Assembly (NCBI GenBank): GCA_022705505.1
Contig: JAKJEI010000001.1
Coordinates: forward strand, 8,157 to 72,156
Direction of reading: 5' to 3'
DNA from: Patescibacteria group bacterium
GTDB lineage: Bacteria; Patescibacteriota; Minisyncoccia; Phycocordibacterales; XYD1-FULL-46-19
Length of the DNA stretch: 64,000 nt
Shown here: in pieces, positions 1 to 9,232 of the stretch
How the letters are laid out: every line of letters begins with the position of its first letter
Numbering within the stretch: the first letter of the stretch is position 1
The notes under the pieces: generated by a model
The model's database searches: none
What the model was told of the DNA's origin: nothing
Seen by the model: only the letters and a program-made list of their open reading frames with translations
Position numbers and translations under genes: made by a program

Positions 1-1720
1 TGTAAAATTTGCCGTTCTTGGCTAGTTTGATAATCATTGGGCCGCCACAAACGGGGCACTTGGCGTTGTCGGGCGCTGGACCGAGGTTTGTGATTTTTTC
101 AATCTTTTTTTTGTTGGCGATTTCTTTGGTAAACGGACCATAAAAGTTTTTCAACGTTTTGACATATTCTCTTTTGCCGTCGGCAATATCGTCTAGCTCA
201 TTTTCCATTCCGGCAGTGAAAGAATCGCTGATGTAGTTGTTAAAATATTTCGTCAAAAAATCGCTGACCACTTCGCCGGTATCAGTGGGGACAAGGGACT
301 TATTTTCTTTGATGGTATAACCTCGATCTTGAATGGTTTTGATAATGGCGGCGTAGGTACTTGGTCGGCCAATTCCTCTTTTTTCCAGTTCTTTGACCAA
401 ACCGGCTTCGGTATAACGATGCGGAGGTTCGGTCTCTTTGCCGACAGCTTCTATTTCTTTTAAGACCAAAGTTTCCTTTTCGGTGAGCTTAGGCAACTCC
501 ACGTCTTCTCCACGAGCGGCTGGGTCGGCTTTTAGCCAGCCGTCAAACAGCACTTGAGAGCCATTGGTTTCAAAAGGCGGCACTTTTTGGTCATCAGCTT
601 CAGCTGAAACTTTAGTGCGTAAAATTTTGGCGTCAGCCATTTGGCTGGCTATCGCTCGTTGCCAAATTAATTGATATAATTTTTTTTCCTGCGGATTGCC
701 GCCGGCTGATTTTAGACTGGTGTGAGTGGGGCGAATTGCCTCATGCGCTTCTTGAGCATTTTTACTTTTTGTCTTGTGGGTTCTTGGTGAGGCGTAGTTT
801 GAACCAAACTCTTTGTTTATGGTCAAGATAATTTCACTGACCGCCGTTTTGCTTAAATTGGTGCTATCGGTGCGCATATAGGTAATGTGACCAGCCTCGT
901 AAAGTTTTTGGGCTAGCCGCATGGTAACGCTTGGCGCGTAGCCGAAGCGTGAAGAGGCCGCTTGTTGTAGGGTAGAAGTGGTAAATGGCGCGCGCGGGGA
1001 GCGTTTAGCCTCGGTTTCTGTAACATTGGCGATTTGCCAAACGGCCTCGCGGGCGGCGGTAACAATTTCTTCGGCTCGCTCGGCTGTTTTAGGTTCCTCG
1101 CGACATTCAAAAGGCAGGACTTGTCCGTTTTTGGTTTGAAAATTGGCGCTTATCACCCAAAAATTTTCCGGCACAAAAGCGCGAATTTCTTTTTCGCGTT
1201 CAACCAAGATGCGCAGGGCGGGTGATTGGACTCGTCCGGCTGATAAACCGTAACGTACTTTTTGCCAGATTAAAGCCGACAAGTCATAACCAAATAAGCG
1301 ATCTAGAACGCGACGTGCCTCTTGCGCTAACCGCAAATTTTCGTCAATGGCGCGGGGGTGTTTGATTGCTTCCTTGACTGCCTGCTCCGTAATTTCGTGG
1401 AAAACAATTCGCTTGGGATTTTTTAGACCAATCGCTTCTTTGACGTGCCAAGCGATTGCTTCGCCTTCGCGGTCGGGGTCGGTCGCCAGAACAATCTCGT
1501 CAGCTTTTTTGGCCAGCTGTTTTAAATCGGAAACGACTTTTTCTTTGCCGGGCGAAATTACATAACTGGGAGCAAAACCGTTTTCTATATCAATAGCGTT
1601 TTTGTTTGACTTAGGCAGGTCGCGAATGTGGCCAACACTCGCCTTGACGGTGTAGGCGTTATCCAAATATTTACTGATTGTTTTAGCTTTGGCCGGCGAC
1701 TCAACGATTAATAATTTCAT
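1..1720 (-). CDS. topA: DNA topoisomerase I, partial; C-terminal part runs off the window start
   Basis: Reverse-strand translation from the ATG at 1720 gives MKLLIVESPAKAKTISKYL...ATDPDREGEAIAWH...GYTIKEN, the TOPRIM and type IA topoisomerase motifs. The ORF continues past position 1, so it is absent from the ORF track. Confidence 0.9.
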   Translation of the reverse strand, partial: MKLLIVESPAKAKTISKYLDNAYTVKASVGHIRDLPKSNKNAIDIENGFAPSYVISPGKEKVVSDLKQLAKKADEIVLATDPDREGEAIAWHVKEAIGLKNPKRIVFHEITEQAVKEAIKHPRAIDENLRLAQEARRVLDRLFGYDLSALIWQKVRYGLSAGRVQSPALRILVEREKEIRAFVPENFWVISANFQTKNGQVLPFECREEPKTAERAEEIVTAAREAVWQIANVTETEAKRSPRAPFTTSTLQQAASSRFGYAPSVTMRLAQKLYEAGHITYMRTDSTNLSKTAVSEIILTINKEFGSNYASPRTHKTKSKNAQEAHEAIRPTHTSLKSAGGNPQEKKLYQLIWQRAIASQMADAKILRTKVSAEADDQKVPPFETNGSQVLFDGWLKADPAARGEDVELPKLTEKETLVLKEIEAVGKETEPPHRYTEAGLVKELEKRGIGRPSTYAAIIKTIQDRGYTIKENKSLVPTDTGEVVSDFLTKYFNNYISDSFTAGMENELDDIADGKREYVKTLKNFYGPFTKEIANKKKIEKITNLGPAPDNAKCPVCGGPMIIKLAKNGKFY

Positions 1721-1825
1721 ACAAACAAATTTTTAAAAAAATTAAAATTATTTAACAGTTTAGCAAGTATTATATAAATTAAGTAATAAGTCAAAAATTG
1801 AAAGTTGAGAGCTGCATAAAAATTT

Positions 1826-2698
1826 TTAGTTTTTTAGGTGTATTTCTCCCATGGCTTCTTTGATCAGGCCTCTTATCTCCATCATCGACAATGTAATATT
1901 GGCTTGACTCGGTTTCAAGCCCGACTTGGCAATCAAGGCCTCCTTATCCAAAGATTCAATTTGTAATAACTCAAGGATTATTTTTTCGTCAGGTGATAAG
2001 TCTGAAAAATTAAGGTCGACCTTGTTATCCTCTTGTGTTTGTAACCCCAGGGCCACCAAAACATCTTCGGCGGAGGTGACCGGGATAGCCCCTTGTTTAA
2101 TCAGCCAGTTGGGGCCATGGGAATTTGGTGAAAAAATTGAACCCGGAACCGCTAAAACATCCCGGTTATATTCGGTGGCTAGTCTGGCGGTGATTAGAGT
2201 GCCGGATTTGGCGCCGGCCTCTATAATTAAAGTTGCTTTTGACAAGCCGGCCATCAGGCGATTTCTTTGGGGAAAGGTATAAAGCGTGGCTGCTTGATTT
2301 GGTTCGTATTCAGACAAGAGTCCGCCGCCCGCTGCCACAATTTTTTCGGCCAAGCGGCGATTGGCTGAGGGGTAGAGAACCTTCTGGTCTAAACCGGAGC
2401 CGGGAAGAGCCAAAGTTTTTAAGCCGACCTGCAGCGCTGCTTGGTGGGCCAAAGAATCTATCCCCAAGGCTAGGCCGGAGACAATGGTAATCGGCTGTCC
2501 TCCCAGACCGAAAATAATTTTTTCCACAACCTCGCGGCCATAAGAGGAATATTTGCGGGAGCCAACCACGCAGAGCAGATATTCTTTTTTACAGTCGGCA
2601 AGTTCTCCGACCAAATAAAGAGACTTCGGTGGTTGAGGGATTTCTTGTAACGGGCCCGGGATTTCTTGTCGGGGGATTTTTTTGATGAGCCAATCCAT
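1826..2698 (-). CDS. dprA: DNA processing protein DprA (Smf)
   Basis: 290 aa with Rossmann-like DprA core (VVGSRKYSSYG...GLALGIDSLAHQAAL...GGLLSEYEP...RNRLMAGLS...LIIEAG.KSGTLITA). The dprA-topA adjacency is a conserved pairing. Confidence 0.85.
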   Translation of the reverse strand: MDWLIKKIPRQEIPGPLQEIPQPPKSLYLVGELADCKKEYLLCVVGSRKYSSYGREVVEKIIFGLGGQPITIVSGLALGIDSLAHQAALQVGLKTLALPGSGLDQKVLYPSANRRLAEKIVAAGGGLLSEYEPNQAATLYTFPQRNRLMAGLSKATLIIEAGAKSGTLITARLATEYNRDVLAVPGSIFSPNSHGPNWLIKQGAIPVTSAEDVLVALGLQTQEDNKVDLNFSDLSPDEKIILELLQIESLDKEALIAKSGLKPSQANITLSMMEIRGLIKEAMGEIHLKN

Positions 2699-2777
2699 TG
2701 GTCTTTATTTTAACAGATTTTTGTAAAATTATTTAAAGTCTTTGTTTTTTGGACTGTGATTTGCTAATATTATCAAT

Positions 2778-4040
2778 ATGTTGGACATAAAGTTTATCCG
2801 TGAAAATAAAGCCATAATCAAAGAGGCCGCGCGCAAAAAGCTCTTGGATTTTGACGTGGAGGCTTTATTGGAAGCGGATAACCAGAGACTAAAGTTAGTA
2901 GGTGAGGTTGAGAAGTTGCGCGCGCGTCAAAATGAGGCAAGTCACAGGATTGCCAAAGTTAAAGACGAGGCTGAGCGAGATGAGTTGATTGAGCAAATGA
3001 AAGATGTTAAAACTTTGCGCGAGGGAAAAGAGGAAGAACTGAAGCAAGTGCTGGAGACCTGGAAGAGTTTATTGCTAAAAGTGCCAAACATTCCCGACAT
3101 TTCAGTGCCGGAAGGCAAAGATGATAGTGAAAACCAGCAGATTAAAATTTGGGGGGACCGCCCCAAGTTTGAGTTTGCCCCCAGAGGTCACGTTGAATTG
3201 ATGACCAATTTAAAATTGGCTGATTTTGAACGGGGGGTCAAGGTTGCCGGTTTTCGTGGCTACTTTTTAAAAAATGAAGCAGTTTTGTTATCAATGGCGG
3301 CTTGGCAACATGCTATGAAAATTGCTCTAGAGGGCGGTTTTGTTCCTCTTTTGACACCTGTCTTGGATCGACCGGAAAACTTCATGGGGACAGGATATTT
3401 GCCTGACGGCGAAGAAGATTTATATAAAACCCAAGACGGTGATTATTTGGCCGGCACGGCCGAGGTCCCGACGATGGGCTATCATTTTGATGAAATTGTG
3501 CCGGCGGATCGTTTGCCGTATAAATTTATCGCTTTTTCTCCTTGTTACCGTCGCGAAGCGGGTAGCCACGGTAAGGATACTCAAGGTTTAATTCGTGTTC
3601 ATGAGTTTTATAAGGTAGAACAAGTAGTGTTATGCGAAGCAAGCCACGAAGAGAGTGTCAATTGGCATGAAAAATTGTTGGCCAACGCCGAGCGTTTTAT
3701 GCAAGACTTGAAAATTCCATATCGGGTGGTAGTTAATTGCACCGGTGATTTGGGCCAAGGCCAGGTCAAAAAATATGATATAGAAGCTTGGGTGCCATCG
3801 GAAGGGAAGTTCCGCGAGACTCATTCTATTTCTTATTTTCATGATTTCCAGGCGCGACGTTTGAACACTCGTTACCGAGACAGTGAAGGCAAACTTCGCT
3901 TTGTTCATTCTTTGAACGGCACCCTGGTGGCTTCGCCGCGAATCCTCGTTTCGCTCTTAGAAAATTATCAACAAGCCGATGGTTCCGTTGTCGTGCCGGA
4001 GGTTTTGCAACCATATCTTGGCAAAGATGTCATAAAATAA
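2778..4040 (+). CDS. serS: seryl-tRNA synthetase
   Basis: 420 aa with an N-terminal coiled coil and class II core motifs (FSPCYRREAGS..., GTLVASPRILVSLLENYQ). Confidence 0.95.
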   Translation: MLDIKFIRENKAIIKEAARKKLLDFDVEALLEADNQRLKLVGEVEKLRARQNEASHRIAKVKDEAERDELIEQMKDVKTLREGKEEELKQVLETWKSLLLKVPNIPDISVPEGKDDSENQQIKIWGDRPKFEFAPRGHVELMTNLKLADFERGVKVAGFRGYFLKNEAVLLSMAAWQHAMKIALEGGFVPLLTPVLDRPENFMGTGYLPDGEEDLYKTQDGDYLAGTAEVPTMGYHFDEIVPADRLPYKFIAFSPCYRREAGSHGKDTQGLIRVHEFYKVEQVVLCEASHEESVNWHEKLLANAERFMQDLKIPYRVVVNCTGDLGQGQVKKYDIEAWVPSEGKFRETHSISYFHDFQARRLNTRYRDSEGKLRFVHSLNGTLVASPRILVSLLENYQQADGSVVVPEVLQPYLGKDVIK

Positions 4041-4046
4041 AAAGTC

Positions 4047-4919
4047 ATGGCGGCGCCCAAAAGCAAGCGTGACATTTTAAGAAGGTCAAAGGAACGCGAA
4101 CAAAAAATGCGCAAGTTCCGGCTTGGTGGAGGTTTTTTGTTGGTGGCCATTATTGTCGGCAGTTTTTTGGGACTTTTGAATTGGAATTTTTTCTGCTTCA
4201 ACACCGTGATTGTCGCGGGAGAGACAAACGAAAACAAAGAAGCAATCCAAACTTATGTTTTGGAAAGTATCGCCGGTCGTTATTTGGGAGTAGTGCCCAA
4301 GGATAGCGTCTTTTTTCTGCGTAAAAAGATTTTGGCTGAAGCGGTTAAACATCATTTCCCCAGATTGAAAGATGTTCAGGTCAGCTTGCCGGAACTCAAC
4401 ACTTTAAAAATTTCAGTTGAGGACAAGGAGGCGAAACTTGTTTGGTGCGATGGCCAAGATGGTAAAAAAAGCGGTCATTGTTATTACCTCAACGAGGACG
4501 GTGAAGTTTACTCCGAAGCCCCCAATTTTTCGGAAGCTGTTATGACGGAAATCATCGCTCCTTTGCCGGAATTGCCGATTGGTAAAATTGTCCTTGCTTC
4601 AAGCACCGTCGAGAAAATCCAAGTTTTGGCCAGTGCCGGAGGACGTTTATTAAATGGGTTGCCCGGGGGCTACGCGCCTGACCTTGTGTCTTGGCAGCCA
4701 TTGACGGCCGGTGATTGGGCGGGGCGAGTCGCGGACCGAGAAGGCCGGGTCTGGCGAATCTTGTTCAACGAAAAAAGCAAGGCCGCTGATTTGGTTGGCG
4801 GTTTGGGTTCTATCCTAAAAAACGAAACTTTTCTTACTGACTGGTCCAGACAAAAGGGCCGTCTTGAATATATCGACCTAAGGTTCCCGCAAAAGATATT
4901 CTATCGTTTTATCCAGTAG
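4047..4919 (+). CDS. membrane protein with FtsQ/DivIB-like POTRA region (hypothetical)
   Basis: Basic N-terminus, one TM segment (FLLVAIIVGSFLGLL), then a POTRA-like stretch (VIVAGETNENKEAIQTYVLESIAGRYLGVVPKDSVFFLRKKILAEAVKHHFPRLKDVQVSL). Not located in a dcw cluster. Confidence 0.35.
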   Translation: MAAPKSKRDILRRSKEREQKMRKFRLGGGFLLVAIIVGSFLGLLNWNFFCFNTVIVAGETNENKEAIQTYVLESIAGRYLGVVPKDSVFFLRKKILAEAVKHHFPRLKDVQVSLPELNTLKISVEDKEAKLVWCDGQDGKKSGHCYYLNEDGEVYSEAPNFSEAVMTEIIAPLPELPIGKIVLASSTVEKIQVLASAGGRLLNGLPGGYAPDLVSWQPLTAGDWAGRVADREGRVWRILFNEKSKAADLVGGLGSILKNETFLTDWSRQKGRLEYIDLRFPQKIFYRFIQ

Positions 4920-4953
4920 TCATAAGCCGAAAATGTTTGTATAATAAGGGAAC

Positions 4954-5346
4954 ATGAACATCACCCTTGTCATAAGTCATTATTTCTTTTGGCACTATTC
5001 AGCCGCTCTGGTTAGGTTTACCGCCATTTACAAAGACATCATATTTTTTGTGGCAGACTTCTTTTCTTTGCCGATATTATTGAAATCTTTTTTTGCGCCA
5101 TGGCGTCGTTTGGCCGAGCCTTACCCGGAAGATAAACTTGATTTTTCAGAAATGATGTCAGTGTTTATAGTCAATAGTCTGGTGAGATTGGTGGGGGTTG
5201 TGATGCGTTCTATTATGATTTTGGTTGGTTTAATCGCGCTTGTTCTTACCGTCGTCCTTTATCCAGTCTTGGTTTTGTTATGGTTGGCCTTACCGCTAGT
5301 GATAGTTGTTTTATTAGCAGTTGGTTTGAAGCTTTTGTTTTTCTAG
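4954..5346 (+). CDS. small polytopic membrane protein, hypothetical
   Basis: 130 aa, strongly hydrophobic with several predicted TM helices. Its stop lies 4 nt before the next gene, so the two are likely co-transcribed. Confidence 0.4.
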   Translation: MNITLVISHYFFWHYSAALVRFTAIYKDIIFFVADFFSLPILLKSFFAPWRRLAEPYPEDKLDFSEMMSVFIVNSLVRLVGVVMRSIMILVGLIALVLTVVLYPVLVLLWLALPLVIVVLLAVGLKLLFF

Positions 5347-5349
5347 ATC

Positions 5350-7812
5350 ATGGCGAATAAACTACAAACATATCTTAGGGCCAGCCGCCTTTACCCGGTT
5401 CTGGTTTTGGATTCGTTAATTGCCAAACGAAAGCGCGATTGGCTGATAAATATAACCGGCACCTTGATTTTGCTCTTGCTCTTGCCGATTCTAAGTTATC
5501 AGATTTTTAGCAGCTTGCTCTCTTCTTCTATTTTTGATATTTGGTCGCTTTTGGTCCCCCGCTTTTGGGGCGCTATTTTTGTCTGTTCAGCGCTTTATTT
5601 TTTGGCTAAATCGTTAACCTTTTATTTTAATGATTCCTATTACTTTGACAATGTGGCCCTTAACAAGTATGCCAATGAAGATTTATTCAGTATTACCGTC
5701 GGCCGAGTTCTCTATCAGGCTGACAAGGGAGATGCTCTGCGCGGTTTTTTTAGGTCGCAAACCGGACAAGAAATTTTGTGGCGGCTAGGAGTAGATGAGG
5801 AAGAACAAAAAAAGTTTTTAGCAACGCGTCAGACAGTGAGTGATCTCCCTGAACAGCCGTTGAATGGTGTTCTAAAGATGCGCGCGCTGACTCAATTTTT
5901 ATATGACAAAAATCCTGACTTCGCGCTTTTCCTAAAAAAATTTGGGGTGGGCGAAAAAGATCTCTTGGGGGCGACCGATTGGGTGGTCAACCAGATTGAA
6001 ACAAACGAGTTTGTCAAACGATGGTGGTCAAAGGAAAATCTAAAACGAATTCCCGGTTTGGCCAAAGACTGGGGCTTTGGCAGCACGTTTACTTTGGACA
6101 AATATGGTTGGGATATGCTTCGGGGCGCGCGTTACTCTAACTCGAGCTATGAATATTCTTTGTTTGCCGCGGAGGTTTCCCAATTGGAAAATATTTTAGC
6201 TAAAGAAAAAGAGGCTAACGCGATTTTAGTTGGGGATTCACGAGAAGAAGCGTTGGACGTTGTTTGGCATCTCATCAGGAAGATTCAAAATCGAACGGCA
6301 GCGTCAGCTTTGGAACACAAACGCCCAATCTTATTCAACGCCTCGGTTTTTCTCTCTCATTTCAAAGAACGACAAGGAGTTGAAAAAGAATTGCTTAAAA
6401 TTTTAGACGAAGCGCGGAAAGCGGGCAATATTATCTTGGTCATTGATGACATTTACAACTTAATGACCGGTTTTCAAAATCTCGGCTCATCTTTTTTGGG
6501 GTTGGCTGAGGAGTATTTGCAAAATGGCGCTCTTCAAATTATCGCTGTGACAACAACTGACGCCTACCACCGTTTTTTGGCCGGCAACTCCGGGTTGATG
6601 AATGCTTTTGACCGCATTTTCGTAAAAACCATGAGCTCCGAATCATTGGTTCGCGGTTTGCAAGAAACGGTTTGGCAAGTGGAGGCCAAGCATAAATTGT
6701 TTTTCACCTATCAATCTTTGCATGAAATAATCTTGAGCGCGGACAGCTACTTCAGCGAAAGCGCGTCAAGCGACAAGTCGGTGGACTTAATGACTGAAAT
6801 GGTTTCTTGGGCCCAAAACCAGGGCCTGAAGATTATCCGTCGAGGTGATGTGCAGAAGTTCATTTCCAGCAAGACCAATGTGCCACTTGGCGAAATTGGG
6901 CCTGAGGAACGAACAAAATTGCAAAATTTGGAGGTTGAAATTCATAAGCGGGTAATCGGTCAAGACGAAGCGATTAAATCTGTTTCAGGGGCTTTACGTC
7001 GGTCGCGCGCCGGTGTCCGTAATCTTAACCGGCCGATTGGTTCCTTCTTGTTCTTGGGCCCGACTGGTGTCGGCAAAACAGAAACCGCCAAAGCCTTGGC
7101 GGAAGTTGTCTTCGGACAGGAATCCAGTTTGTTGCGGTTAGATATGTCAGAATTCCAGAACGAAGATGCTTTGACTAGATTGATTGGCTCGTTTGAAACA
7201 GGTAAGACCGGGATTTTGGTGGATATGTTACGTGAACACCCTTATGCTGTTTTACTGTTAGATGAATTTGAAAAAACCAATCGCGAAGTTTTAAATCTTT
7301 TCTTGCAAATTTTGGATGAGGGGCTCTTTTCTGATATGAGTGGCAAGAGAGTTAACGCCAGAAATATTATTTTTGTTGTTACCTCTAACGCTGGCGCGGA
7401 ATTAATCTGGGAAAATTTCCGACAAGGCAAAAAAGAAGAAAATACTAGTGATAACTTGATAAACCATATCGTGGCCAAGGGGATTTTTCGACCGGAACTC
7501 CTAAACCGTTTTGACGCAACCGTCGTTTTTGAACCGCTCTCGCCGGAGAGTTTGAGAGATATTGCCAGATTGATGCTCAAGAAACTTGGCAAGCGTTTGG
7601 CCGGCCAAGGGTTGGAACTGGTGGTCAGCGATTATTTGACGGAAACCGTGGCGACCCTGGGCGCCAACGAAGTTTTTGGCGCTCGTCCGATGCAGCGTTT
7701 TATTCAGGATAATATAGAACAAAAAGTTGCCGACGCGTTGATTGATGGTCGTTTGGTTCAGGGTGACAAGGTCGTATTTCAGGAACCTAACTTAGAACTG
7801 ACGAATGCCTAA
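5350..7812 (+). CDS. Clp/Hsp100-family AAA+ ATPase (ClpC/ClpB-like) with N-terminal TM anchor and degenerate D1 domain
   Basis: The C-terminal D2 module is intact: Walker A FLFLGPTGVGKTETAKALAEVVF, Walker B LLLDEFEK, and a ClpB_D2-small-like tail. The D1-equivalent region lacks Walker A (NAILVGDSREEALDVV in place of GEPGVGKT). The N-terminus has 2-3 hydrophobic helices and a Clp_N-like repeat. Confidence 0.7.
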   Translation: MANKLQTYLRASRLYPVLVLDSLIAKRKRDWLINITGTLILLLLLPILSYQIFSSLLSSSIFDIWSLLVPRFWGAIFVCSALYFLAKSLTFYFNDSYYFDNVALNKYANEDLFSITVGRVLYQADKGDALRGFFRSQTGQEILWRLGVDEEEQKKFLATRQTVSDLPEQPLNGVLKMRALTQFLYDKNPDFALFLKKFGVGEKDLLGATDWVVNQIETNEFVKRWWSKENLKRIPGLAKDWGFGSTFTLDKYGWDMLRGARYSNSSYEYSLFAAEVSQLENILAKEKEANAILVGDSREEALDVVWHLIRKIQNRTAASALEHKRPILFNASVFLSHFKERQGVEKELLKILDEARKAGNIILVIDDIYNLMTGFQNLGSSFLGLAEEYLQNGALQIIAVTTTDAYHRFLAGNSGLMNAFDRIFVKTMSSESLVRGLQETVWQVEAKHKLFFTYQSLHEIILSADSYFSESASSDKSVDLMTEMVSWAQNQGLKIIRRGDVQKFISSKTNVPLGEIGPEERTKLQNLEVEIHKRVIGQDEAIKSVSGALRRSRAGVRNLNRPIGSFLFLGPTGVGKTETAKALAEVVFGQESSLLRLDMSEFQNEDALTRLIGSFETGKTGILVDMLREHPYAVLLLDEFEKTNREVLNLFLQILDEGLFSDMSGKRVNARNIIFVVTSNAGAELIWENFRQGKKEENTSDNLINHIVAKGIFRPELLNRFDATVVFEPLSPESLRDIARLMLKKLGKRLAGQGLELVVSDYLTETVATLGANEVFGARPMQRFIQDNIEQKVADALIDGRLVQGDKVVFQEPNLELTNA

Positions 7813-9223
7813 AATGGAACGAAGCGGCGGAAAGTCGGGGAAATTTTCATTTCAGGTGGTTATCGCGCTGGCGATAATTTTAATTTTGGGCTTCATTCTT
7901 TTTCGGGTCAGTCAATTTTTGTATGCCGGTGTTTTTGGCAATGAGGCGGTTAGTTATCAAGCCGGGGCGGCTTCCGCCGGCTCCGTTTTAAAGAGTGATT
8001 ACACCGATTTTAAAGTTGGCGCGACACCTGTTCCCAAGCTTGGCAAATCGGTTATTATTGACGTCAAGAATCAAGAACTCCACCTTTTTGAAAAAGGAGA
8101 ATTGGTAAAATCTTTTTCGTTGCTAGCTATCCCTGAAAGCGGCTCGGCCTGGGAAACTTCAGGGGGCGGTTTTTCCGTAATAAAAAAAGAAGAAAATCAC
8201 TTGTCGCCGATTACCGGCTTGGAGTTCCCCTACACTGTTCAATTTTTTGGGAACTCTCTTATTCATGGTGAGCCGATGGATATAAAAGGACGAATTGCAA
8301 AAACAGCGGCCGGCGGCTTTCGATTAAAAAATGACGACGCGTTGACTGTTTTCGACTGGGTTGATTTTGACACCAAAGTTTTGGTTTACAACGCGCGCTG
8401 GACTATGGGTGGAAACAATCATTTTTCATACATTATCAAAAAATCTCAGCCGGCTCCTCTGACCGCCAAATCTTACCTAGTTTCTGATTTAAAGACCAAG
8501 GAGGTGATTTTGAGCAAAAACAAGGACAAGGCGGTGCCCATTGCTTCGGTGACCAAGTTAATGACCGCTTTGGTGGCGCTAGAAAGACTTGAGCCGAAAA
8601 CCGAGATAGAGGTTTCTCGTCAAGCTTACGAAACTTATGGCGACAGCGGCTATTTTCGAACGGGAGACAAGCTTCCTTTGGAAATTATGCTTTACCCTTT
8701 GCTCTTGGAATCAAGTAATGACGCGGCCGAAGCGATTGCCGAAAAAGTTGGCCGGGGGAAATTTATTGTTGGAATGAATAAAAAAGCCAAAGAGCTCGGG
8801 ATGGAGGAAACGTTTTTTGAGGACCCCAGCGGTTTGTCGCCTAATAATGTTTCTTCGGCCGGGGATTTGGTTAGATTGGCTGATTATATTCATCAGAATA
8901 AAATCTTTTTGTTTGATATAACAAAATTAAAGGAGTATCAGCATGGACGCTTTGTTTGGACAAATCGCAATAATTTAATTGGGATGAATTATTATGCTGG
9001 TGGTAAAAACGGTTATACGGATGAAGCCAACCGAACCTTGCTCGCGCTGTATGACTTGCCTTTGTCTGAGTTTGAGACGCGGAAAATAGTTTTGGTTTTG
9101 TTGGGGAGCGATGACCGCAAGTCCGACACCAGAAACATTGTAAATTATATCGCCGGCAATGTCTCTTATAGCGGGCCATCTGTTTTTAAAACTTTGGATG
9201 ATTTTGGGTGGGATGAAATATAA
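7805..9223 (+). CDS. fusion protein: TM anchor, YkuD (L,D-transpeptidase)-like domain with Cys-to-Gly substitution, and S11 D-Ala-D-Ala carboxypeptidase domain
   Basis: YkuD-like segment ...FFGNSLIHGEP...AAGGFRLKNDDA aligns to the SHGCIRM.NED motif with the catalytic Cys replaced by Gly. The C-terminal half has PBP5-type motifs SVTK (SxxK), SSND (SxN) and KNGYT (KTG variant). Confidence 0.65.
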   Translation: MPKMERSGGKSGKFSFQVVIALAIILILGFILFRVSQFLYAGVFGNEAVSYQAGAASAGSVLKSDYTDFKVGATPVPKLGKSVIIDVKNQELHLFEKGELVKSFSLLAIPESGSAWETSGGGFSVIKKEENHLSPITGLEFPYTVQFFGNSLIHGEPMDIKGRIAKTAAGGFRLKNDDALTVFDWVDFDTKVLVYNARWTMGGNNHFSYIIKKSQPAPLTAKSYLVSDLKTKEVILSKNKDKAVPIASVTKLMTALVALERLEPKTEIEVSRQAYETYGDSGYFRTGDKLPLEIMLYPLLLESSNDAAEAIAEKVGRGKFIVGMNKKAKELGMEETFFEDPSGLSPNNVSSAGDLVRLADYIHQNKIFLFDITKLKEYQHGRFVWTNRNNLIGMNYYAGGKNGYTDEANRTLLALYDLPLSEFETRKIVLVLLGSDDRKSDTRNIVNYIAGNVSYSGPSVFKTLDDFGWDEI

Positions 9224-9232
9224 ACAGCAAAT

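Noticed and set aside
913-2490. Several 60-120 aa ORFs antisense to or overlapping topA and dprA (913..1110, 1034..1225, 1347..1565, 1926..2282, 2233..2490)
   Set aside because: They lie inside long, well-conserved housekeeping ORFs on the opposite strand or in alternative frames. Compositions are those of shadow ORFs.
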